From Porphyromonadaceae bacterium (GTDB lineage: Bacteria; Bacteroidota; Bacteroidia; Bacteroidales; UBA12481), in contig QYQM01000070.1 of the NCBI GenBank assembly GCA_007280905.1, positions 69-64,068 on the forward strand: DNA of 64,000 nucleotides, given 5' to 3'. Below are positions 56,701 to 64,000 of this stretch, in pieces (position 1 is the first letter of the stretch; every line of letters begins with the position of its first letter). A program made the position numbers and the translations under genes. Below the pieces are notes generated by a model. That model was not told the DNA's origin. It saw only the letters and a program-made list of their open reading frames with translations, and searched no databases.

Positions 56701-57186
56701 TTATACTAACGCTTCGACCGAACCCACATATTCTTTTAAAAACACACGTGCCCGGTAGATATACACTTTTACCTGGGCTTCCGATAAACCGGTCATTCCG
56801 GCAATCTCTTTGTATGAATATCCTTCGTAATCTCTCAGCATGATCACTGAACGCTGATCAGCGGGTAACCGGGCAACTCCATTTTCGAGTTTTTCCATCA
56901 CATCCGAGTATTGTTCGCTGTGCGAGTATTCGCTCATATTCACCTTGTCCCAATCTGCCATTCTTTTATCCACCCTTGTTTGATCAATCAACTTGTGATA
57001 AGCAGTAGTAAATAAATACGACTTCGCTTTCTCTGCCGAAACCTGCTCCACATTGATCCAAAGTTTCTCAAATGAATCCTGGACCAGGTCCCGGGCTTTC
57101 TCCTTGTCGCGTATGTTCTTCAGCAAAAACCGGTACACTGCATCGGCGTGCTGGTTCACACAACGGTTATAATCGTTTACGGTCAT
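56701..57186 (-). CDS. ECF-type RNA polymerase sigma-70 factor
   Basis: Region 2 'DLVQDSFEKLW' and region 4 'VIMLRDYEGYSYKEIAGMTGLSEAQVKVYIYRAR'. Confidence 0.9.
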   Translation of the reverse strand: MTVNDYNRCVNQHADAVYRFLLKNIRDKEKARDLVQDSFEKLWINVEQVSAEKAKSYLFTTAYHKLIDQTRVDKRMADWDKVNMSEYSHSEQYSDVMEKLENGVARLPADQRSVIMLRDYEGYSYKEIAGMTGLSEAQVKVYIYRARVFLKEYVGSVEALV

Positions 57187-57208
57187 TTTCGGTTACAGGC
57201 AATCGTTG

Positions 57209-57234
57209 GACGAAGTTACATCAGAAATAGTTAC
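57209..57234 (-). promoter_or_regulatory. Candidate autoregulated ECF promoter GTAAC-N17-CGTC
   Basis: On the minus strand 'tGTAAC tatttctgatgtaactt CGTC', ending 22 nt upstream of the sigma-factor ATG. It matches the general ECF AAC/CGT pattern. Confidence 0.45.
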
Positions 57235-57308
57235 AATTCATTTGAGATTTTTTAGAAATTTGATGCGAATACCTAACAGTGACCAGTGACGCATAAAAAT
57301 TCGCAACC

Positions 57309-58061
57309 ATGAGATATTTTATTTCCTTTCATGTGCTTCTGCTGATGCTTCTTAGTACGCAGCCTTCAATCGGTCAAACTATTCCTGATCAATCCGTTAC
57401 CGCTGTTTTATGGTTTCAGAGATCTGCGGAATACCGGGCCTTATGTTATCAGGCATATAATCTGGCGGAGTTGAGGGCTAAGGAGTATCTCGTTAATCCT
57501 GATATGGAAAAACAGGCAGCGGTGATTTTTGATATCGATGAAACCCTGCTCGACAACAGCCCGTCAGAAGCTCTCAATATTATTGATGATAAAACCTACA
57601 GTCAGGAAAGGTGGAAAGTCTGGTCCGACCTGGCATCCGCTGCTGCAATACCCGGAAGCCTGGATTTCTGCCATTTCCTGGCCAGGAATGACATTCAGGT
57701 TATATACGTGTCGAACCGACAGAACACTGAATCCATGGCAACCCTTCAGAACCTGCAGAAATGGAATTTTCCTTATGCTGACCGTAACCATCTTTACCTG
57801 AAATCGGATGCCTCAAGCAAGGAATTCAGGCGTAATGTCATTGAAAAACAGTACAATGTAATTCTTCTGGTTGGCGATAACCTATCGGATTTCGATCTGG
57901 TATTCGAAGACCGGTCGGTCAATTTTGGGTACAAAACGGTTGACAGCCTGCGCTTTGAATTGGGCAAAAAGTTCATCATCCTGCCAAACCCGATGTACGG
58001 CGATTGGACCAAGCCGCTTACCGGAGAACGGAAAAGCTGGCTGAATACCAAAGGAAAGTAA
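57309..58061 (+). CDS. Class C acid phosphatase / 5'-nucleotidase, lipoprotein e(P4) family (HAD/DDDD)
   Basis: 'VIFDIDETLLDNSP' and 'LVGDNLSDF', with a signal peptide. Confidence 0.8.
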   Translation: MRYFISFHVLLLMLLSTQPSIGQTIPDQSVTAVLWFQRSAEYRALCYQAYNLAELRAKEYLVNPDMEKQAAVIFDIDETLLDNSPSEALNIIDDKTYSQERWKVWSDLASAAAIPGSLDFCHFLARNDIQVIYVSNRQNTESMATLQNLQKWNFPYADRNHLYLKSDASSKEFRRNVIEKQYNVILLVGDNLSDFDLVFEDRSVNFGYKTVDSLRFELGKKFIILPNPMYGDWTKPLTGERKSWLNTKGK

Positions 58062-58073
58062 ATAATGGAAAAA

Positions 58074-58180
58074 CCACGGAGACACGGAGAACATAGAGAA
58101 ACACAGAGATTTTTATTCGCTCTGGCTTATGGCTTGTTTGATTAACTTCGTGGAACTCCGTGTTCTCTGTGTCTCCGTGG
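58074..58180. repeat. Hairpin element built from inverted ACACGGAG-type octamer arrays (copy 2, longer loop)
   Basis: Left arm 'ccacggagacacggagaacatagagaaacacagag'; right arm 'ctccgtgttctctgtgtctccgtgg'. The loop contains 'ggcttat ggcttgt' heptamers. It sits between co-directional genes. Confidence 0.85.
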
Positions 58181-58221
58181 TTAGTAATTAGACATAGCCA
58201 ATTAGATTTTTTCCCCTCCAA

Positions 58222-58255
58222 TGATACAAAGTATCAGTTTTGTGTTTTATCTTTG
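58222..58255 (+). promoter_or_regulatory. tetR-operon promoter/operator: palindrome TGATAC-AAA-GTATCA, 11 nt, then the -7 box TATCTTTG
   Basis: Palindrome at 58222-58236, box at 58248-58255, ending 22 nt upstream of the tetR ATG. The geometry and half-sites are the same as at 7336-7369. Confidence 0.6.
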
Positions 58256-58277
58256 ACCAACCGTTCAACCAATAATA

Positions 58278-58853
58278 ATGAGCCCAAGAACAGAACAACA
58301 ATTTGAGGTAATCCGGAGGAGCCGGAAGCTTCAGATCATGCAAACGGCGCTGGAATTGTTTGCCAGGGAAGGATACCATTCCTGCTCTGTTGCCCGGATA
58401 GCTGAATATGCAGGGATCTCCAAGGGTTTGCTCTATAATTATTTCACATCCAAGGAGGATCTGCTCGATTCAATCATGGCTCTCGGGATCGAGAAATTTC
58501 ACAATATCCTCGAAGAGATCCAGCACGAGCTTGATACCCCGGAAGAGCTGATGATGTATATCCATGGCGGGTTTGAAATCATCCGCAGAGAACCGGAATT
58601 CTACCGGCTCCTGTTCAGCGTATTCTTCCAGCCGGGAGTATCGGATGCTTCACAAATCCGCTACCGCGAAACTCTCGAACATCTCACACAGGACATTGCT
58701 GTTTATTTTAAAACCAAAGGAGACCCGAACCCTGCCGAAAAAGCTATGCTGCTGGGCAATATCATTGACGGAGTAGGACTTCATTATTTTCTGTCGCCAG
58801 AAACCGTAAACCTTGATAAACTCGAAAAAATCATCTTTGAATTATTCAAATAA
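58278..58853 (+). CDS. TetR/AcrR-family transcriptional regulator
   Basis: N-terminal HTH 'IMQTALELFAREGYHSCSVARIAEYAGISKGLLYNYFTSKEDLL'. Confidence 0.9.
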   Translation: MSPRTEQQFEVIRRSRKLQIMQTALELFAREGYHSCSVARIAEYAGISKGLLYNYFTSKEDLLDSIMALGIEKFHNILEEIQHELDTPEELMMYIHGGFEIIRREPEFYRLLFSVFFQPGVSDASQIRYRETLEHLTQDIAVYFKTKGDPNPAEKAMLLGNIIDGVGLHYFLSPETVNLDKLEKIIFELFK

Positions 58854-58857
58854 CTCT

Positions 58858-59622
58858 ATGCGACCAATAATTACCTGTATGCTGGCTGTACTGCTCACCT
58901 GCTTCCTTATGACTCCGGTTTCCGGCCAGCAAACCCTCACGGCCAAACAGATCATTGAAAAGGCCGACCGCAACATGCAGGGCGAAAGTAGTGTCAGTTC
59001 AATGACCATGACTATCAGGCGGCCGACCTGGGAGCGTACTGTCGGATTTAAAAACTGGGCAAAGGGGCGCGACCTTGCCCTGACACTGGTTACCGAACCG
59101 GCAAAGGAAAAAGGTCAGACCTTCCTAAAACGCGGAAATGATATGTGGAGCTATATCCCCCCGATCGGCCGGCTGGTAAAACTGCCCCCCTCGATGATGT
59201 CGCAGGGCTGGATGGGATCGGATTATACCAACGATGATATCCTGAATGAATCCTCCCTGGTGCAGGATTATACCCACGAGCTCATAGGAACCGAAGATTT
59301 CCAAGACAGTAAATGCTTCAAAATCAGTCTGGTACCATTAGAGCAATCGAACATCGTGTGGGGAAAGATCATCACCTGGGTTAGCACCTCCGATTATCTG
59401 TTCCTCAAATCGGAATACTATGATGAGAACCAGTTGCTCGTACGCACGGAAACAGCCGGCGGGATTAAGACCATGGACGGCCGCAAAATCCCGACCCGCC
59501 TGGAGATAATTCCGGCCGATGAGCCGCAGAACCGTACGATCGTCCTCATTCAATCAATGGATTTCGACGTAAAGATCGATGACGGTTTTTTCTCCCAGCA
59601 AAACATGAAATCGGTTAAATAA
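58858..59622 (+). CDS. Outer-membrane lipoprotein-sorting (LolA-like) periplasmic protein
   Basis: Signal peptide 'MRPIITCMLAVLLTCFLMTPVSGQ'; 'M.MTI.RP.WER...FK.W.KG.D..L......P.KEKGQ..LK....MW.Y.P', typical of the LolA-like family that accompanies FtsX permeases. Confidence 0.7.
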   Translation: MRPIITCMLAVLLTCFLMTPVSGQQTLTAKQIIEKADRNMQGESSVSSMTMTIRRPTWERTVGFKNWAKGRDLALTLVTEPAKEKGQTFLKRGNDMWSYIPPIGRLVKLPPSMMSQGWMGSDYTNDDILNESSLVQDYTHELIGTEDFQDSKCFKISLVPLEQSNIVWGKIITWVSTSDYLFLKSEYYDENQLLVRTETAGGIKTMDGRKIPTRLEIIPADEPQNRTIVLIQSMDFDVKIDDGFFSQQNMKSVK

Positions 59623-59634
59623 AAACTCAACCGA

Positions 59635-60909
59635 ATGGAACAAAAACATCCATATCGCTATAAACTTCATTTCTTGCGCCTTGTGCCTTGTGCCTTTTAT
59701 CTTAACCTGGCATGGAGAAATATATGGCGAAACAAGCGCCGGTCGCTGATTACTATCTCCTCCATCCTGTTTGCGGTCTTTTTTTCGGTCGTAATGCGCG
59801 GATTTCAGCTTGGCTCCTATAAGAATATGGTGGACAACGTCGTGCAGGCCTATACCGGATATATCCAGGTATTCGACCGTAAATTCCAGTCCGATAAGAT
59901 TATAGAAAACACCATCCTGATGGATGACCGAATCATTTCAGAAATCGAAAAGAATAAAAACGTGACGATGGCTTTGCCGCGGCTGGAATCATTTGCACTG
60001 GCCAGTTCCGGCAATCAGACGAAAGGCGTGCTGGTGCTCGGGACCGATCCGGATAAAGACGATCAGCTTACGCATCTTTCCAGGAGGTTGGTGCAGGGCA
60101 CCTTTCTACATAATAGCGACAGCGCGGCAATAGTATCGGAACGGCTGGCCAAATACCTGAAGGTGAGTATCGGCGATACGCTGGTGCTGATTTCGCAGGG
60201 ATTTCACGGAGCTGGTGCAGCCGGGAAATTCCTCGTAAAAGGAATCTTAAGGTTTCCTTCGCCCGACCTGGACAACAAAATGGTGTATCTCCCCCTGGTC
60301 CAGGCACAACAGTTTTTCTCGGCCGAAAACCGGGTAACATCGATCTCTTTGAACCTGAAGAACAGCAACGATCTGAGCAGAACGGTGAAAAAACTTCAGC
60401 AAAAGCTAGGTACTCAATATGATGTTCGTTCGTGGGATACGATCCTGGTGGAACTCAAACAGCAGATCGGGTCGGACAGCGCCGGTGGCCTGATCATGCT
60501 CGGAATGCTCTACCTGATCATCGGTTTCGGGGTTTTCGGTACTGTCCAGATGATGACTGCCGAACGGCGCCGGGAATTCGGTGTCGTAGTTGCTGTAGGA
60601 ATGCAGAAAAGGCGCCTCGGCACCATTCTCGCCTTGGAAATGCTTATTATGGGGCTTATCGGCATTGCTGCGGGAATCCTTCTCAGCATTCCGGTGGTTT
60701 GGTGGGGCCATGTTCACCCGATCACGCTCACCGGCAAGATGGCCGAGTCGATCATCCAATATGGAATGGAACCGATCATGCCAACGGCCTGGGAAGCTGG
60801 TTACGTCATCAATCAGACGCTCGTAGCGATGCTCATCGTTTTCGCCGCCGTCATCCTGCCGGTCTGGAACGTCACACGCCTCCGGGTCACCAAAGCCCTT
60901 CGCTCTTAA
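59635..60909 (+). CDS. ABC transporter permease, FtsX/MacB-type (4 TM plus periplasmic domain)
   Basis: 'LAWRNIWRNKRRSLITISSI', a large periplasmic loop and a C-terminal 3-TM FtsX domain. The first ~20 codons run through a heptamer array, so the true start may be an internal TTG/GTG. Confidence 0.8.
   Translation: MEQKHPYRYKLHFLRLVPCAFYLNLAWRNIWRNKRRSLITISSILFAVFFSVVMRGFQLGSYKNMVDNVVQAYTGYIQVFDRKFQSDKIIENTILMDDRIISEIEKNKNVTMALPRLESFALASSGNQTKGVLVLGTDPDKDDQLTHLSRRLVQGTFLHNSDSAAIVSERLAKYLKVSIGDTLVLISQGFHGAGAAGKFLVKGILRFPSPDLDNKMVYLPLVQAQQFFSAENRVTSISLNLKNSNDLSRTVKKLQQKLGTQYDVRSWDTILVELKQQIGSDSAGGLIMLGMLYLIIGFGVFGTVQMMTAERRREFGVVVAVGMQKRRLGTILALEMLIMGLIGIAAGILLSIPVVWWGHVHPITLTGKMAESIIQYGMEPIMPTAWEAGYVINQTLVAMLIVFAAVILPVWNVTRLRVTKALRS
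59674..59694. repeat. Three heptamers (TTGCGCC TTGTGCC TTGTGCC) at the 5' end of the permease ORF
   Basis: Read directly. Same unit family as 1-68 and 22050-22119. Confidence 0.8.
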
Positions 60910-60943
60910 TATCAAAATCAGCACCTCAACAAATCAGCAAATC

Positions 60944-62236
60944 ATGATACCATCCCTCTCCTGGAAAAACATCTGGCGCAACAAGGTCCGGAGCCTGGTT
61001 GTGATCGCAGCGATGACCTTCGGGATCTTCGGAGGACTCTTCACTTCCGCGATCTATAAAGGCATGAGTGACCGAAGGGTGAAAGAGGCACTTACCAAAG
61101 AAGTTGCTCATATCCAGATACATGATCCGAAATTTATTGAGAATCCGGAAATCGGGCTGACTTTGCCCGATCCCGGTGGAATTGTCCGGTTTGCCGAAGG
61201 GCTGCCGGGAGTTAAGGCTGCAACTGACCGGCTGAAGATCGTAACCATGATCAACAGTTCGGCTGCGTCATCCGGGGTCACCGTGTACGGGATCGATCCG
61301 GATAAAGAAAAGGAAGTGAGTGAATTATATACTTCCGTCTATGATTCACTGATACTTGCCGACAAACTCAAGCTGACAGATCCGGCACTCATCGGAACGT
61401 ATCTGAAAGACAGTACGGGAAGCTGGTTCGGTGGATCGCAGCGTAACCCGATCGTCATCGGCGAAACCCTGGCGCGCAAGCTGAAATTAAAAATCAATTC
61501 CAAGGTGGTACTCACCTTCCAGAGCGCTGACGGCAGCCTTACCGGCGGGTCCTACCGGGTATGCGGGATTTACCGTCTCGAGAACAATGCGTTTGAAGAG
61601 ATGAATGTGTACGTCAGGAAACCGGATCTGGCTTCACTTGCCGCTCTTACCTCAGAGGACGCCCACGAGGTAACCATTTTCATGAACGATCCCAAAAAGG
61701 TGGGTTCTGCGATGGAATCCATCAGGGCCGAGTATCCCGATCTGGATGTTATGGACTGGAAAACCCTGCTGCCTGATGTGGCCATGCTGAACGACCTTTT
61801 GGTGGTGTCGATGATAGTGATCATGGTGATCATCCTCGCCGCGCTGGGCTTCGGGATCGTCAACACTATGCTGATGGTGGTGCTTGAGCGGGTGAAAGAG
61901 CTCGGCATGCTGATAGCTGTCGGGATGAACAAGCTCAGGGTTTTCAACATGATTATTCTCGAATCGGTTCTGCTCTGCCTCACCGGCGCCATTGCCGGGA
62001 TGGGTATCAGTGCCGTAGTGATTGAGATCTTTAACAAGCAGGGCATCGACCTCACTGCCTACGCACAGAAAGGCATGGAAGCCTGGGGTTACAGTGCGGT
62101 GATGTACCCGAACCTCTCCTGGAACTTCTACCTGATCGTAGCTGCCCTGGTGGTGATCACCGGCATCGCCGCCTCAGCCTACCCAGCCTGGAAAGCATTG
62201 AAGCTTAACCCGGCAGATGCGCTAAGAACAGAGTGA
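60944..62236 (+). CDS. ABC transporter permease, FtsX/MacB-type (second paralog)
   Basis: 'LSWKNIWRNKVRSLVVIAAM', a periplasmic loop, and the FtsX C-terminal domain ending 'AYPAWKALKLNPADALR'. Confidence 0.85.
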   Translation: MIPSLSWKNIWRNKVRSLVVIAAMTFGIFGGLFTSAIYKGMSDRRVKEALTKEVAHIQIHDPKFIENPEIGLTLPDPGGIVRFAEGLPGVKAATDRLKIVTMINSSAASSGVTVYGIDPDKEKEVSELYTSVYDSLILADKLKLTDPALIGTYLKDSTGSWFGGSQRNPIVIGETLARKLKLKINSKVVLTFQSADGSLTGGSYRVCGIYRLENNAFEEMNVYVRKPDLASLAALTSEDAHEVTIFMNDPKKVGSAMESIRAEYPDLDVMDWKTLLPDVAMLNDLLVVSMIVIMVIILAALGFGIVNTMLMVVLERVKELGMLIAVGMNKLRVFNMIILESVLLCLTGAIAGMGISAVVIEIFNKQGIDLTAYAQKGMEAWGYSAVMYPNLSWNFYLIVAALVVITGIAASAYPAWKALKLNPADALRTE

Positions 62237-62287
62237 CGAGTGACGAGTGACGACAGAACGTGAAGCGTGAAGCGTGAAACGAAAGAC
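62233..62287. repeat. Two adjacent heptamer arrays: GTGACGA x3, then GTGAAGC x2 with degenerate units
   Basis: 'gtgacga gtgacga gtgacga cagaac gtgaagc gtgaagc gtgaaac gaaagac'. The permease TGA stop lies inside the first unit. Confidence 0.9.
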
Positions 62288-62325
62288 AATAACAAGGGCT
62301 TCGGTTAGCATACGTGGTTAGGGAC

Positions 62326-62372
62326 GGGGTCCCGGCCTTCGCCGGGATGACAATGCTCCGGATTGAAATTTT
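62326..62372. repeat. Structured intergenic element, copy 2: GGGGT-CCCGGC-CTTC-GCCGGG-ATGACAATGCTCCGGATTGAAATTTT
   Basis: Same architecture as 9836-9881. The stem differs by a paired C>G / G>C change that preserves base pairing. Confidence 0.8.
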
Positions 62373-62374
62373 GA

Positions 62375-62416
62375 GTTTTGGGGTTTGGGGTTTATTTGCT
62401 TTTTGGGCTTTGTGAT
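62375..62416. repeat. Degenerate heptamer array (GGTTTGG/GTTTTGG family)
   Basis: 'gttttgg ggtttgg ggtttat ttgcttt ttgggct ttgtgat'. Confidence 0.7.
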
Positions 62417-62448
62417 TTGATAATATTTTCAAAGATTGTTTTAACATA

Positions 62449-63150
62449 TTGATTATGAACATCATCGAAATCAATAACCTGGTCAAGATCTACGACGACC
62501 GGAAAAGTGTGCCGGTGACGGCAATTAACGGGATCGACCTCAATTTCAAGGAGAGTGAGTTCACAACAATTGTGGGGCCTTCGGGATCAGGAAAGACCAC
62601 TTTATTAAATATGCTGGGCGGATTGGATGAACCCACTTCGGGAAAAATCCTGATCGACGGTGTTGATTTGAGTCAGCTGAAATCCAGGGAAGTCATCGAT
62701 TTCCGTATGCGGAACATCGGTTTCGTATTCCAGGCATATAACCTGATACCGGTACTCACGGCGTTGGAGAACGTGGAGTTCATCATGCATTTGCAGGGAA
62801 AGCCGAAAGCCGAACGGCTGCAGCGGGCAAAGGATCTGCTCGTCCAGGTTGGCCTGGAAGACAGGATGAACGCACGGCCGGGCAAGCTTTCGGGCGGTCA
62901 GCAGCAGCGAGTGGCCGTTGCCCGGGCACTGGCCTCGAAACCCAAGTTCATCCTGGCCGATGAGCCCACCGCCAACCTCGATTCCAAATCGGCAGAAACA
63001 CTGCTCGATATCATGGAGCGCCTGAACCACGAAGAGAAGATCACCTTCATCTTCTCCACTCACGATGCGCGCGTGGTGGCTAAGGCCCATCGTGTTATTA
63101 CCGTCGAGGACGGGCAGGTGAAGAGCGACGAAGACTACCCAGAGCATTAA
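62449..63150 (+). CDS. ABC transporter ATP-binding protein (MacB/LolD-type)
   Basis: Walker A 'GPSGSGKTT', Q-loop, signature 'LSGGQQQRVAVARAL', Walker B 'ILADEPTANLD', H-loop 'STHD'. Confidence 0.95.
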   Translation: MIMNIIEINNLVKIYDDRKSVPVTAINGIDLNFKESEFTTIVGPSGSGKTTLLNMLGGLDEPTSGKILIDGVDLSQLKSREVIDFRMRNIGFVFQAYNLIPVLTALENVEFIMHLQGKPKAERLQRAKDLLVQVGLEDRMNARPGKLSGGQQQRVAVARALASKPKFILADEPTANLDSKSAETLLDIMERLNHEEKITFIFSTHDARVVAKAHRVITVEDGQVKSDEDYPEH

Positions 63151-63160
63151 CCGATCAACA

Positions 63161-64000
63161 ATGAAACCGAGTTTCTTTATCAATGATCGTGACGCGAAAC
63201 GCGTGACACGACTCCTATCGTTGGCGCTTCTGCTGCTCCTACCCCATCGAGCCTCGGCCCAGCTCACTGCAAGCGCCAACGGCTACCTCTCCAACATGCA
63301 ATCGGTGATGTTTGAAAAGATCGATGGACCCTGGACAATTGACAACCTAGTGCATAACCGCCTGAATTTCAAGGCTGGATGTGGCTCGCACGTGAATGCG
63401 GCCGTGGAGGTAAGGAACCGGTTTCTCTTTGGCGAGACAGTGAAATATTTCCCAGGATATGCTGACAGGATCGGGCAGGACCGCGGCTGGGCCGACCTTT
63501 CGTGGAACCTCATTTCCGATACCTCATATATCCTGAACACTACCATCGACCGTGCCTATATCGATCTGAATCTGGGTAAGTTCCAGGCTACCATCGGCCG
63601 GCAGCGGATCAACTGGGGGATGAATTACGTATGGAACCCCAACGATATCTTCAATGTATACAGCTTTTTCGATTTCGATTACGTGGAGCGGCCCGGCAGC
63701 GATGCCGTCAGGCTGCAGTACTATTTTACCCCGTCGACTCATCTGGAACTGGTTGGTAAAATGAACAGCACCGACCAGCCAAGCTATGCCGGATTATTCC
63801 GTTTTTCATTGGCAGGATATGATTTTCAGATCCTTGGCGGACAGATTGATAAAAAGGAATATGTTGCCGGCGGCGGTTTTTCAGGTTATATCGGTCCGGT
63901 ATCGCTGAACGGGGAGGTCACTTATCTCCACCCCCGGAAAATGATCTCCCATCCCGGTCCGGCCATCATCGCAGGGGGAGGCCTCAGCTACCTTACCCCC
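63161..64000 (+). CDS. Outer-membrane protein (beta-barrel-like), 5' partial at the window end; not in the supplied ORF track because it has no stop in the window
   Basis: My own translation from the ATG at 63161: 'MKPSFFINDRDAKRVTRLLSLALLLLLPHRASAQLTASANGYLSNMQSVMFEK...IGRQRINWGMNYVWNPNDIFNVYSFFDFDYVERPGSDAVRLQYYF...'. It is open for all 280 codons to 64000. It has a signal peptide and lies 10 nt after the ATPase gene. The minus-strand ORFs here look spurious. Confidence 0.7.
   Translation, partial: MKPSFFINDRDAKRVTRLLSLALLLLLPHRASAQLTASANGYLSNMQSVMFEKIDGPWTIDNLVHNRLNFKAGCGSHVNAAVEVRNRFLFGETVKYFPGYADRIGQDRGWADLSWNLISDTSYILNTTIDRAYIDLNLGKFQATIGRQRINWGMNYVWNPNDIFNVYSFFDFDYVERPGSDAVRLQYYFTPSTHLELVGKMNSTDQPSYAGLFRFSLAGYDFQILGGQIDKKEYVAGGGFSGYIGPVSLNGEVTYLHPRKMISHPGPAIIAGGGLSYLTP
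63189..63216. repeat. Short heptamer array (GTGACGC GAAACGC GTGACAC GACTCCT) within the first codons of the OM protein gene
   Basis: Read directly. Related to the GTGACGA units at 62233 and to 'gtgacca gtgacgc' at 57279-57292. Confidence 0.6.

Noticed and set aside
60406-60947. Two ~170-aa ORFs (minus 60406-60924, plus 60432-60947) overlapping the permease gene
   Set aside because: Both are shadow frames of the FtsX permease (59635-60909). Their products are Arg/Pro/His-rich with no TM pattern, whereas the permease frame shows the expected FtsX helices.
62605-63279. 224-aa minus-strand ORF
   Set aside because: It is antisense to the ABC ATPase gene, which has perfect Walker A/B and signature motifs. 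The antisense product has no motifs and Arg/Leu-rich shadow-ORF composition.

Overview
This is a 64-kb chromosomal segment of a Bacteroidota-type genome. The assignment rests on T9SS C-terminal sorting domains, TAnnTTTG -7 promoter boxes, a CarboxypepD_reg-type TonB-dependent receptor and bactofilin/AtpZ genes ahead of the F-ATPase genes. The window is densely coding and mostly housekeeping: pepP, ilvE, rdgB, recO, two tRNA-Arg, F-type ATP synthase genes, yceD-rpmF-plsX-fabH, rsgA, pepE and a ThiF/MoeB-family gene. I saw no rRNA, CRISPR array, transposase, integrase or prophage genes. The content worth a second look is as follows. (1) A tightly coupled lipoprotein / VTC-domain / DUF4956 / outer-membrane-barrel cassette may be a trans-envelope polyphosphate system. 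(2) Families of 7-8 nt tandem repeats pervade the window, forming arrays and long hairpins at gene boundaries and, in frame, inside coding regions. (3) A structured intergenic hairpin occurs in two copies that differ by a compensatory base-pair change. (4) A 178-bp duplication of promoter, 5'UTR and first six codons drives a small secreted repeat protein upstream of a PadR-PspC operon. (5) The same palindrome, TGATAC-N3-GTATCA, lies exactly 11 nt from an identical -7 box at two unrelated operons. (6) A HigBA islet sits next to the tandem tRNA-Arg genes. (7) Two tandem paralogous ~1130-aa sortilin/BNR T9SS cargo genes lie near a PorZ-like gene and a fused double RhaM gene. (8) The ATP synthase gene string is interrupted by a TlpA/MMPL/polyprenyl-synthase cassette. 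(9) A selenium locus carries a NifS-SelD fusion, selU and an internally deleted AIM24-family relic. (10) A TetR-linked LolA-like/FtsX/ABC/OM-barrel export cluster closes the window. All calls come from reading the sequence and the ORF translations. No database search or computation was run.
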